Positions 1 to 9,810 of a DNA stretch of 64,000 bases are shown in pieces (the stretch's first letter is position 1; every line of letters starts with the position of its first letter). The notes under the pieces are model-generated. The model ran no database searches and had not been told where the DNA came from. It saw only the letters and a program-made list of their open reading frames with translations. Both the position numbers and the translations under genes were made by a program. This stretch comes from Candidatus Kapaibacterium sp. Its GTDB lineage: Bacteria > Bacteroidota > Ignavibacteria > Kapaibacteriales > UBA2268. Where the stretch lies: the NCBI GenBank assembly GCA_963665665.1, contig OY762428.1, positions 3,968,001 through 4,032,000 on the forward strand, read 5' to 3'.

Positions 1-87
1 TTAGCATTGGTTTATCTGATCAAAGTTATTTTTTTACAAAAAATTTTAAAATTTAGTATCAAAACAAGGATTAAATTAGTAATACCT

Positions 88-360
88 GTGTTCCCCCGTG
101 TTTTCCGAGTGTTCCCCCGTGCTTTCCGAGTGTTCCCCCGTGCTTTCCGAGTGTTCCCCCAAGCTTTCCGAGTGTTCCCCCGTGCTTTCCGAGTGTTCCC
201 CCGTTCCTGCCGAGCGTTCCCCTGTTCCTGCCGAGCGTTCCCCTGTTCCTGCTGAGCGTTCCCCTGTTCCTGCCGAGCGTTCCCCCGTGCCTGCCGAGAG
301 TTCCCCCGTGCTTTCCGAGCGTTCCCCTGTGCTTTCCGAGCGTTCCCCTGAGCTTTCGGA
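88..360. repeat. Tandem array of 13 x 21-bp units (consensus GYGTTCCCCYGTGCTTTCCGA)
   Basis: Units read directly at 88, 109, 130 ... 340 with no spacers; reverse complement of the array at 26425-26692. Confidence 0.95.
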
Positions 361-800
361 ATTATCTTTTTGGACAAAATTTCAATCATTTTGCGGAAAA
401 GATGCCTCTGTTGATATAAATGAAGTACTATCAGGAGCAGCAGAAATATAATATTTACCGGGATTTCAGTTCGGAATGATTATGATTTAAAACGCAGGCC
501 CGGATATTTCAGAAAGATTCAGAACTTTTTACCCGATAAGAAGAGATCAACGAATTAAAAAAGCAATGACATAAAATTATGTGGCGTATGTATCATCAAC
601 TTCTACAATATCAATATATCTGAACAATGAAATATAGCTTTTTGAAGTTGGCGGGAACTGAAACGGAAGAATAAAAAACCTCGGCAATTACTATCAGCTG
701 TGTTCCGGATATTGCATACTACCCAATCAGGCAAAAATCCTATGCATTGCTTTTTAAAATTCGTAAATTGAGTTATTGATTGGAACAAATTCGGGGTTTT

Positions 801-2690
801 ATGTCTGTCAAGAGTAAAAACAAGCAAAAAAAGCAACAGCTGCCACTTCCAAAGAAAGCGGAAATTAATAACCTGGTTACATTAATGATTGTTACTGTAT
901 TGTCGTTTGTATTATATGGTAAAACAATAAATTTTGACTTTACGGGATTTGACGATAAGAAAATAATTGTTGAGCAAAATGAAGAAATCTCGGGTTTAGA
1001 TAAAATACCACATTCATTCAGCCGCGGTTTTGGCAATTACTACAGGCCCATACTCAGGATAAGCTGGATAATTGACGATTCCTTCACGGGTACGTCACCG
1101 GGTTTATATCATGCAAGTAATATTATTATTCATATTTTTTCAACCTGGGTATTATTCATCTTACTGACAAGATTTATTGATGACAAAAAGATCGGATTAC
1201 TGCTGGCATTGCTGTTTTGTGCACACCCTGTTTTGGTTCAGGCAGTGGCCTGGATACCCGGCAGGAACGATTCTTTGCTGGCGTTGTTTGTGTTTTTGTC
1301 CTTTATAAGTTTTGATAAGCTGATAAAAGATTCCAAGCCCGTCAATATAATTCTTCATGCAATGGCGTTTTTTCTTGCTATGTTTACAAAGGAAACGGCA
1401 GCACTTTTCCCCTTGCTTGCTTTAGTTTATTATTTCATAAAAAATGATAAGTATAATTATAAGCCCTTGATAGTATCTTCAGTTATCTGGATTCTAATTA
1501 TTGCGCTTTGGTTTGTTCTAAGGCAGAATGCCCTTTCAGGTATTGAAAGTAGTGATATTATCGGATTTTCTGCTTTCAAAGAAAATATAATTATGCTGCC
1601 GGTTATGGCTGGTAAGGCACTCCTGCCGTTTAAGCTTAGTGTAATGTCGGACTTTGACAGCCTGAATATGGTTTTTGGGCTGGTTCTTTTTGCAGGAATG
1701 GCAGCAGCGATAGTTGTCACCAAAGATTTGAACAGGAAACTTGCAATTTTCGGAGTGTTATGGTTCTTTATTTTTATTATACCGGGACTTTTTGCAAGAA
1801 TGGAAAATGCTGCTGATTATTTTTCATTCCTGGAGCACAGGATTTATTTACCACTTGCAGGGCTGATAATTATAGCTGCTGCTCTTATCCGTCAGATAAA
1901 TCCTTCTGCAAAACCACTTAATCTGCTATTAATATTTATAACCCTGGTCTTTTCAATATTGAATATTTCCTATTCCAATTCTTTTTCGGACAGGCTGACT
2001 TTCTGGAAATCAGCAGAAATATCTTTGCCTGAAAAAGCAAATATTAAAGAGGTACTGGGAAAAATTTACCATGAACAGAAAAACAATAACGAAGCTCAGA
2101 AATATTTTGAACAGGCAATTGAACTGGCCGGCAGGGATTATGACGAATTTTATAATAATCTTGCTGTTGTACTGAAGGAAAACGGGAATATCAGCCGGGC
2201 TATTCAGATGTCCGAAAAATCTGTTGAACTTGCACCTCAAAACAGTTCCTATATGCACTTTCTTGGGAAAATGCTAATGGATGTGAAACAGAATAGTAAA
2301 GCTGAAAAATATCTAACCAAGGCCGGAAAATTAGATCCTGAAAATATTGATGTGAGAATTTTTCTTATTGGTATTTATTCGCAGGAAAACAGGACAGATG
2401 AAATAATTAAAGCCTGCAATGAAATAATTGGGATTGATCCCAATCATTTCCATGCAAATAATATACTGGCATCGATGTATGCTGCCAAAGGCGAGACTGA
2501 TAAAGCCGCCCATGTATGGGAAAAAACTGCGCAGCTTAAACCTGGGTATATTCCGGCATATATCGAGTTAATAAAATATTATGCGAAAAAGAAAGACAAA
2601 ACAAAGGTAGATGAATTCATAAATAAAATGAATCAATATGGTGCTGAAATACCAAATGAAATAAAGGCATTATTGATCAACTTAAAATGA
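801..2690 (+). CDS. TMTC-like GT-C membrane glycosyltransferase (putative protein O-mannosyltransferase) with C-terminal TPRs
   Basis: DD motif after first TM (GFDD), YYRP, HPVLVQAVAWIPGRND and EHRIYLP motifs, many TMs, then TPR helices; ATG at 801 preferred over TTG at 780. Confidence 0.8.
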   Translation: MSVKSKNKQKKQQLPLPKKAEINNLVTLMIVTVLSFVLYGKTINFDFTGFDDKKIIVEQNEEISGLDKIPHSFSRGFGNYYRPILRISWIIDDSFTGTSPGLYHASNIIIHIFSTWVLFILLTRFIDDKKIGLLLALLFCAHPVLVQAVAWIPGRNDSLLALFVFLSFISFDKLIKDSKPVNIILHAMAFFLAMFTKETAALFPLLALVYYFIKNDKYNYKPLIVSSVIWILIIALWFVLRQNALSGIESSDIIGFSAFKENIIMLPVMAGKALLPFKLSVMSDFDSLNMVFGLVLFAGMAAAIVVTKDLNRKLAIFGVLWFFIFIIPGLFARMENAADYFSFLEHRIYLPLAGLIIIAAALIRQINPSAKPLNLLLIFITLVFSILNISYSNSFSDRLTFWKSAEISLPEKANIKEVLGKIYHEQKNNNEAQKYFEQAIELAGRDYDEFYNNLAVVLKENGNISRAIQMSEKSVELAPQNSSYMHFLGKMLMDVKQNSKAEKYLTKAGKLDPENIDVRIFLIGIYSQENRTDEIIKACNEIIGIDPNHFHANNILASMYAAKGETDKAAHVWEKTAQLKPGYIPAYIELIKYYAKKKDKTKVDEFINKMNQYGAEIPNEIKALLINLK

Positions 2691-2698
2691 GGTAATTC

Positions 2699-3910
2699 TT
2701 GAAAAAGATAAATGTATTGCTGGTTTTGATATTATTTTCATTAATTCCGGCAGAAGCTGATGAAAAAACTCCCTACCTGATAATGGTGTCGCTCGACGGT
2801 TTTCGATACGACTACCTGGAGCGTGACATAACGCCAAACCTGAAAAAATTTGAATCAGAGGGTATTCGTGCTAGTTCTTTAAAGCCGGTATTTCCGTCTT
2901 CTACTTTCCCGAATCATCTATCAATAATAACTGGTATGTATGCCGAAAACCATGGAATAATTTCCAATAACTTTAAAAATTATTATACAGGTGAAACATA
3001 TTCAATAAGCAAACCACATTCCATGAATAATGCTAAATGGTATCTTGGCGAACCTTTCTGGACTTCCGCGCGCAGGCAGGGAATTAAAACGGCATCTTAT
3101 TTCTGGCCCGGCTCTGAAGTTGATGCTGAGTACATGAAGCCTGATTATTATTGCCGGTTTAGCAAGGATTCCGCTTATTTAAAAAGAATAAACGGCGTTA
3201 TTGAATGGCTGAAATTACCGTATGCTCAAAGGCCGAAATTTATTACACTCTATTTGGAGGAGACAGATTCCAGGGGGCACGCATTCGGACCTGAAAGCGG
3301 GGAGATAAATTCAGCTATCGGAATGCTGGATTCTCTTATCGGACTTCTTGAACATAAGGTAAATGATATTGGCCTGAAGGACAGTGTTAATTTTATTGTT
3401 TTGTCAGATCACGGTATGGCTAGTATCAGCAAGGACAGCATTATTAAAATTGACGAGATTCTGCGTGGCAGGAAATGTGATAAAGAAGTTTATGGCGCTT
3501 ATGCAATGATATATGCTGAGAATCCTGATGATATCTATGATGTTTTGAAGCTGAATGAATTCCATTTCAAAGTTTATAAAAAAGAAGATATGCCGGAATA
3601 TCTTCATTACTCGAAAAATGCCCTGATCGGGGATGTAATTATGATAGCTGATAAGGGGTGGATGATCAACGAGGATAAGGATAGCGGCTATTCCGGAAAT
3701 CTGGAAGGCGCTCACGGATTCGATCCGGTGGATATTGATATGCACGGGATATTCCTGGCAAAAGGTCCGGCATTCAAAGCCGGAATTAATGCCGGAACAA
3801 TTTTAAATATTGATATTTATCCTCTTCTTTGCCGGATATTTGGCGTTTTCCCACGAAATAATATTGACGGTAAGGCGGAAAGGGTCGATTTCATTCTTTC
3901 AGATAAATAA
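2699..3910 (+). CDS. Alkaline phosphatase superfamily nucleotide pyrophosphatase/phosphodiesterase
   Basis: Signal peptide; SLDGFR, TFPNH, SDHGM and GAHGF motifs. Confidence 0.9.
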   Translation: MKKINVLLVLILFSLIPAEADEKTPYLIMVSLDGFRYDYLERDITPNLKKFESEGIRASSLKPVFPSSTFPNHLSIITGMYAENHGIISNNFKNYYTGETYSISKPHSMNNAKWYLGEPFWTSARRQGIKTASYFWPGSEVDAEYMKPDYYCRFSKDSAYLKRINGVIEWLKLPYAQRPKFITLYLEETDSRGHAFGPESGEINSAIGMLDSLIGLLEHKVNDIGLKDSVNFIVLSDHGMASISKDSIIKIDEILRGRKCDKEVYGAYAMIYAENPDDIYDVLKLNEFHFKVYKKEDMPEYLHYSKNALIGDVIMIADKGWMINEDKDSGYSGNLEGAHGFDPVDIDMHGIFLAKGPAFKAGINAGTILNIDIYPLLCRIFGVFPRNNIDGKAERVDFILSDK

Positions 3911-3986
3911 TTCTTTTCAATTCTGAGTTTCAGAAAAAAATTTTGAAACTTTTTCCTGATTTATGTGTTTTAGTGTCAGGTGAAAG

Positions 3987-4058
3987 ATGAATATTTTTAT
4001 TACACATATCGCAATCCTACGAACCGTCGTCATGTTTATGCCCGCGCGCATCTCCTGA
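3987..4058 (+). CDS. Putative leader peptide 1 (23 aa, MNIFITHIAILRTVVMFMPARIS)
   Basis: Manual translation, ATG 3987 to TGA 4056-4058, preceded by CAGGTGAAAG. Confidence 0.35.
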   Translation: MNIFITHIAILRTVVMFMPARIS

Positions 4059-4107
4059 CCGGTTCTTTAACAATTTACACAATTTTATAATTTTTAGGAG
4101 TTTAGTT

Positions 4108-4248
4108 ATGTTAAACAACATTTTTGTTTTTGTTTCCGGTGATTTTACCACCGCCGCAACCGTAGTCGTCCCTGAGCTTATTGTTATGAACAATGCTATT
4201 GGAAACAGTAAATTTATAAGTGTACAACAAAAACGAAAACGAAGATGA
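4108..4248 (+). CDS. Putative leader peptide 2 (46 aa, ends QQKRKRR), stop overlaps MATE start
   Basis: AGGAG 7 nt upstream of ATG 4108; open frame to TGA 4246-4248, which overlaps the MATE ATG (ATGA). Confidence 0.55.
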   Translation: MLNNIFVFVSGDFTTAATVVVPELIVMNNAIGNSKFISVQQKRKRR

Positions 4249-5687
4249 AAGAAAAAAAATATTTAATATCAGGGCATAAAATATCTGAAATTCCTGTTTT
4301 AGCCTCAAAGTTGTTTTCACATATCAGGCAGGCAATAAACGGGAAAGAATACGATTACACCTCCGGAAGCCTGAACAAGGCTATCTTCCTGCTTTCCATT
4401 CCCATGATACTCGAAATGCTGATGGAATCCATTTTTGCAATAGTGGATATCTTCTTTGTATCCCGTTTGGGAGCCGACGCTATTGCTGCGGTAGGGCTGA
4501 CTGAATCGCTGGTACATCTCATTTATCCGGTTGCAGCCGGCCTTGCAATGGTTACAACTGCACTTGTTGCCAGGCGAATTGGCGAAAAAAATAACCGAGA
4601 AGCCTCTGAAACAGCCTGGCAGGCAATTCTAACGGCGATATTTGCATCGGTACTGATAGGATTGCCGGGATTTATTTATGCCGAGGACATTCTGCGCCTG
4701 ATGGGAGCGTCAGAAACAATTATTATTCAGCATTCAGGCTACACAAGGATAATGCTCGGGTTTAACGTTGTTATTATGCTTTTGTATGTTATTAACGCCG
4801 TTTTCCGTGCTGCCGGCGACGCAGCTTTCTCAATGAGGACGCTGATGCTTGCAAACGGACTGAATATTATTCTCGATCCGCTGCTGATATTTGGTTTCGG
4901 GCCGATACCTGCTCTGGGAATCGAAGGGGCGGCCCTGGCAACAAATATCGGTCGGGGTACTGCCGTTATATATCAGCTTTACATGTTGTTTGCCGGCAGA
5001 GGAAGGATAAACCTACCCGGAATAAGTAAATTGCCGGACTGGAAGCTGATACTGAAAATTCTCCGTATGTCTGTTGGCGGAATCGGGCAGGCTGTTATTA
5101 CAACTTCAAGCTGGCTTGCACTTGTAAGGATAATTGCTTCTTTCGGCAGCGAGGTAGTTGCCGGTTATACTATCGGGCTAAGGATAATTGTATTTACTTT
5201 GCTTCCGTCGCTTGGCATAAGTAATGCAGCGGCAACGCTCGTGGGGCAAAACCTTGGAGCCGACAAACCGGACAGGGCCGAAAAATCTGTTTGGACGACA
5301 GGCAAGATCAACGCTGTAATTATGGGTACAATATGTATTTTCTTCATTGCAGTTCCCGATTTCTGGATTCGGATATTCTCATCCGATCCGGCAGTTATTC
5401 ACTATGGTGCCGAGTTTCTCAGAATTATCAGCTATGGTTTTGCGGCCTACGGTGTAGGGATGGTTCTTGTTAATTCGTTTAACGGGGCTGGAGATACCAA
5501 AACTCCTACTTATATCAATATTCTTTGTTTCTGGATGATTGAAATACCTTTGGCGATAGTTCTTTCCCAATGGACGGAATTGAAATACCAGGGCGTATTT
5601 TATTCAATTATTATTGCTGAAATAATTATGACTTCCATTTCCGCATTCATTTTCAAAAAAGGAAAATGGAAAACGGTCAAGGCATGA
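4245..5687 (+). CDS. MATE family efflux transporter
   Basis: DIFFVSRLG, NIILDPLLIFG, GAALAT, GQNLGA and GAGDTKTP motifs; about 12 TMs. Confidence 0.95.
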   Translation: MKEKKYLISGHKISEIPVLASKLFSHIRQAINGKEYDYTSGSLNKAIFLLSIPMILEMLMESIFAIVDIFFVSRLGADAIAAVGLTESLVHLIYPVAAGLAMVTTALVARRIGEKNNREASETAWQAILTAIFASVLIGLPGFIYAEDILRLMGASETIIIQHSGYTRIMLGFNVVIMLLYVINAVFRAAGDAAFSMRTLMLANGLNIILDPLLIFGFGPIPALGIEGAALATNIGRGTAVIYQLYMLFAGRGRINLPGISKLPDWKLILKILRMSVGGIGQAVITTSSWLALVRIIASFGSEVVAGYTIGLRIIVFTLLPSLGISNAAATLVGQNLGADKPDRAEKSVWTTGKINAVIMGTICIFFIAVPDFWIRIFSSDPAVIHYGAEFLRIISYGFAAYGVGMVLVNSFNGAGDTKTPTYINILCFWMIEIPLAIVLSQWTELKYQGVFYSIIIAEIIMTSISAFIFKKGKWKTVKA

Positions 5688-5765
5688 TTGAATATTTTAT
5701 AATTGTCCGGCAATTGCCTGACGGTAATTATTTCATATTAACGTCAATTATATTTTTATCTAAGA

Positions 5766-5798
5766 AGTCCAACACTTTTTGGGGTGTTGGACATTTTT
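5766..5798 (+). terminator. Intrinsic terminator after MATE
   Basis: GTCCAACAC...GTGTTGGAC hairpin followed by T-run. Confidence 0.7.
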
Positions 5799-5952
5799 AG
5801 CGTTGAAGTTTTAATCGAAGCAGTGCATATAAAGCAAGGAATAAATCAAAATATTATTAAAAAATTATTTTTTAAAGGCGGAATTTATACCGAATTTTGC
5901 AGCTGTTATTTTTTATAAATTAAATCATTGTATTATTTAAGAAATTACTCTT

Positions 5953-7593
5953 ATGCTGACAATATCAAATATATCAATACATTTCGCGGGCAGATACCTA
6001 TTTGACGACGTTTCAATTGCTGTTGGAGAAAATGACAGAATCGGCCTGATAGGAAGAAACGGAACCGGCAAATCAACCATGCTTAAACTTATTGCCGGCA
6101 TTGAAACGCCCGAAACAGGAAAGATTACCAAACCGAATGACTATAAAATTGGCTACCTGCCGCAGGAAATCAAAACTGATTCTACCAAATCTATTTTTGA
6201 AGAAACTGAATCTGCTCTTGCCGATTTGAAACAACTTGAAAGCGATATTGCCGGATACACCAAGGAATTGGAAGAACGAACAGATTACGAGTCCGATGAA
6301 TATATGAAAATAATCGAAAACCTAAGCGAGGCCAGCGAGGTTTACCAGATGATGGGCGGTCAGTCGCTTGAAGCTGAAATTGAAAAAGTATTGATAGGAC
6401 TCGGTTTCGAAAGGTCTGATTTTGACCGCGGTATGAACGAGTTCAGCGGCGGCTGGCAGATGAGGGTGGAACTGGCAAAAATTCTATTGCAGAATAATGA
6501 CTGTATTCTGCTCGATGAGCCGACAAACCACTTAGATATTGAATCCATACGCTGGCTGGAAGTATTCCTGAAAACATATAAAGGTGCGATACTGCTGGTT
6601 TCCCACGACAGCCGTTTCCTTGATAATATAACAAACAGGACAATTGAGTTTTCTCTCGGCAAAGTTTATGATATGCCCTATCCATACACGAGGTTCAACC
6701 AGGAAAGAAAGACACAGCGGGAACTTCAGCTTGCAGCATATAATAATCAGCAGAAACAGATAGCCCAGCAGGAGAGGTTTATAGAAAGGTTCAAAGCCAA
6801 GGCTTCATTTTCATCACGTACACAGTCCAAAGTAAAAATGCTTGATAAAATAGACCGCATTGAAGTTGAGGATGAAGACAGGTCGCGCATTCGTTTCAAT
6901 TTTCCTGATCCTCCACGCGCCGGCAGGGTTGTATTCGAAGCAAAAAAACTCGGGAAAAGTTACGATGAAAAAAGGGTTCTGAATAATATCGATTTCGCCA
7001 TTGAAAGAGGCGAGAAAATATGTTTCGTGGGCAAGAACGGCGAAGGTAAATCAACTCTTTCGAAAATACTTGCCGGAATGGTGGATTACGATGGCGAATT
7101 AATAACAGGATCGAATATAAATCTTGGCTACTTTGCACAGCACCAGGCGGAAATGTTGGATCCCGACCTGACAGTTTTTCAGATAATCGATCAGGCAGCG
7201 GAAGGGGAAATGAGAAAAAAGATACGTTCGATGCTTGGCGCATTCCTCTTTAGCGGTGACACTGTTGAGAAAAGAGTAAAAGTCCTTTCCGGAGGTGAAA
7301 AGGCACGCCTGAGTATTTGCCGTTTGCTTTTACAGCCAATAAATATGCTTATAATGGATGAACCGACAAACCACTTCGATTTAATATCAAAAGAGGTGCT
7401 GAAGAATGCCCTGAACGATTATAAGGGAGCGCTGATAATTGTTTCTCACGACAGGGATTTCCTCCACGGGCTGACCAAAAAGACTTATGAATTTAAAAAA
7501 GGTAAAATTAAAGAATACCAGGGCGATATAAACGAATTCCTGGAGCAGCAGCAGATAGAATCACTTCAACTGCTTGAAGGAGAGAAAAGATAG
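5953..7593 (+). CDS. ABC-F family ATPase (ribosome-associated)
   Basis: Two ABC cassettes (GRNGTGKS/FSGGW/LLDEPTNH and GKNGEGKS/LSGGE/MDEPTNH), no TMs. Confidence 0.95.
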   Translation: MLTISNISIHFAGRYLFDDVSIAVGENDRIGLIGRNGTGKSTMLKLIAGIETPETGKITKPNDYKIGYLPQEIKTDSTKSIFEETESALADLKQLESDIAGYTKELEERTDYESDEYMKIIENLSEASEVYQMMGGQSLEAEIEKVLIGLGFERSDFDRGMNEFSGGWQMRVELAKILLQNNDCILLDEPTNHLDIESIRWLEVFLKTYKGAILLVSHDSRFLDNITNRTIEFSLGKVYDMPYPYTRFNQERKTQRELQLAAYNNQQKQIAQQERFIERFKAKASFSSRTQSKVKMLDKIDRIEVEDEDRSRIRFNFPDPPRAGRVVFEAKKLGKSYDEKRVLNNIDFAIERGEKICFVGKNGEGKSTLSKILAGMVDYDGELITGSNINLGYFAQHQAEMLDPDLTVFQIIDQAAEGEMRKKIRSMLGAFLFSGDTVEKRVKVLSGGEKARLSICRLLLQPINMLIMDEPTNHFDLISKEVLKNALNDYKGALIIVSHDRDFLHGLTKKTYEFKKGKIKEYQGDINEFLEQQQIESLQLLEGEKR

Positions 7594-7722
7594 AAATTCT
7601 TCAGAAATGTTAATAAAAAATATTGACGATTAGCTTTTACAAGTAAGATTTTTTTTCATTTAATGATTTAATTAGTTATCTTAATAATAAGGGAATTAGT
7701 TAAACAGATTTATCGAATTAAA

Positions 7723-9810
7723 ATGAAAAAAACTACTCCGTCTATGTTAGCAGCAAGGATATTGATATCTTTTTTTATATTTATTTACTTCTCAACAATC
7801 GCTTATTCTTATAATCCCTGGAAACCGATTTTTAATATGCCGTCAAGCAGGATGTTTCATGGTATGGCGGTATGTGGCAATGATGATAAAATACTTTTAT
7901 TCGGCGGAGTAAGCGATTATATTGGAGAAACTTATTACTGGTGTGGAAAAAATGATACCTGGATATATGATATATCCGAAGATAAATGGACTGAGTTATA
8001 CCCGGAAGAAAATCCTGAAGTTGGAAAGCAGGCTGGTAAAAGCGATTTATCTGATTTTAAGGCAACAGTTTGCGAGATATATACCGACCATGCAATTCTC
8101 GTTCATTCAAGTTCCTATACGAATACCTTTGAAACATGGATTTTCGATTTCGATGATGAATCATGGACAGAACTTGATCCGATTAACTCTCCTTCCCCTA
8201 CTTCAAACGGGAGGCTTGCTCAGATAAACAATGGTGAAATATTGATGGTAGGCCCCAATTCAATCAGTTACAGCAGCGGTTCGTTTACAACCGAAACCTG
8301 GATTTTCAGGGAAAGCCAGAATACATGGGTAGAACTCAATCCCGCTAATTCTCCCAAAATAACTTTTAATAGCTTCGACCTGGATTGGCTGGAGGACGAC
8401 AAGGTATTACTTTACAACCAGGAATTTATATCAGGAACATCAACTTCATATTTGTCAGAAACCTGGATTTATGACCTGAGCGATAACAATTGGACCAGGA
8501 TTGAACAGGACGCCACACCACATTTGAATAATGGTATTTTAATTTCAAATCTTGAAAGCGGAAGGATTCTTCTAACTGAATGTGAAGACGGTGAAAACTG
8601 CGAAACCCGAATTTTCAATTCATCGACTATGTCCTGGCAAACAATTAATTCCACATTTAATCCTTCAAGCAGGATTTATTCAGAAATCGTGACTAAATCA
8701 GGAATTTCTTATATATTCAGCGGTCTTCCAGGTGTTCCCGCATATACCAACCCTGATATTTTCAATAAATTCAATTCTACCACGAACCAGTGGAGCCAGA
8801 TAACAGGCCCGACAAAGCCGGAACCAAGAGTATATCATAAGATTTGCAATATTGGGCAGGATTACTTTTTGTTATTTTCCGGTATGAAAATAGGATATGA
8901 TATCTTTGATATGTATAATGACACATGGGTTTATTCAATACGTGATGAATCATGGAGGGAAATTAGCACAACAACAAGTCCTGAAGTTGATCTTTGGTAT
9001 TATGATGTTGCTTATGCAGGAGATGATAAAGCACTGCTATATGGATTAACAGCCGAAGCGAGCAGTTCTTTCCAAACCTGGATATTTGATCTAAGTGATG
9101 AAGAATGGACAAAACTTGACATTGCAGAACTTCCCGGTATAGATGAATTTGCAATGTCTTACTGCGGTAATGGTAAAATCCTGCTTTTTGGCGGAGATGA
9201 TTATGATACGGAAACTCCTCAGAATTTATGTTATATTTTTGATGTTAATACTTTGAGCTGGAGCGCTATTTCGCCGACCACGATACCTTCGGCAAGATCA
9301 AACCATGGAATGACCTACATCGGAAATAACAGGGTACTGCTTTACGGGGGCAGGCAAACACAAGCATTATTATTCAATGACACATGGATGTTCGATTCGA
9401 ATACAAATGAATGGACGAATATGAATCCATTGGTTTCTCCTCCTAATGATATTAGATATCGTGGTGAATTCTCTGCAATAAATGATGATATGGTAATACT
9501 TTACGGTGGATTAAATCAATCTACTGACTGTCATTATTCCAGGCGTTGTCTGTATGTTTATTCAATAAAAAGCAATCAATGGTTTTTGAGGGATTTTAAT
9601 CCCAAACCGCAGGGAAGAATTTTTGCGGATATGGCTTGGAACGGAGTAGATAAAACATTCACTTTCGGTGGTATGAGTTCATTCCTTAGTGATTACTGGA
9701 TATTTGACGCGTTTCATTTTGCAATTCCAACACTTCCGGAATGGGGATTGATTTTATTTTCGGGCTTACTTGTTGTTTTCACAGGATGGTTCATCTGGCG
9801 TAGGTTTTAA
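7723..9810 (+). CDS. Secreted Kelch-repeat beta-propeller protein with IPTL-CTERM sorting signal
   Basis: Signal peptide; repeated LLFGG...NDTWIYD...W units; C-terminus IPTLPEWG + TM + RR. Confidence 0.85.
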   Translation: MKKTTPSMLAARILISFFIFIYFSTIAYSYNPWKPIFNMPSSRMFHGMAVCGNDDKILLFGGVSDYIGETYYWCGKNDTWIYDISEDKWTELYPEENPEVGKQAGKSDLSDFKATVCEIYTDHAILVHSSSYTNTFETWIFDFDDESWTELDPINSPSPTSNGRLAQINNGEILMVGPNSISYSSGSFTTETWIFRESQNTWVELNPANSPKITFNSFDLDWLEDDKVLLYNQEFISGTSTSYLSETWIYDLSDNNWTRIEQDATPHLNNGILISNLESGRILLTECEDGENCETRIFNSSTMSWQTINSTFNPSSRIYSEIVTKSGISYIFSGLPGVPAYTNPDIFNKFNSTTNQWSQITGPTKPEPRVYHKICNIGQDYFLLFSGMKIGYDIFDMYNDTWVYSIRDESWREISTTTSPEVDLWYYDVAYAGDDKALLYGLTAEASSSFQTWIFDLSDEEWTKLDIAELPGIDEFAMSYCGNGKILLFGGDDYDTETPQNLCYIFDVNTLSWSAISPTTIPSARSNHGMTYIGNNRVLLYGGRQTQALLFNDTWMFDSNTNEWTNMNPLVSPPNDIRYRGEFSAINDDMVILYGGLNQSTDCHYSRRCLYVYSIKSNQWFLRDFNPKPQGRIFADMAWNGVDKTFTFGGMSSFLSDYWIFDAFHFAIPTLPEWGLILFSGLLVVFTGWFIWRRF

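Noticed and set aside
88-360. CRISPR array (also considered for 26235-26692)
   Set aside because: Units are contiguous with no unique spacers, and no cas genes are present.
7-451. Overlapping heptad-repeat ORFs here and at 26167-26834 as genes
   Set aside because: Several frames are open only because the 21-bp unit lacks stops; no clear RBS or single preferred frame, so they are not listed as CDS.
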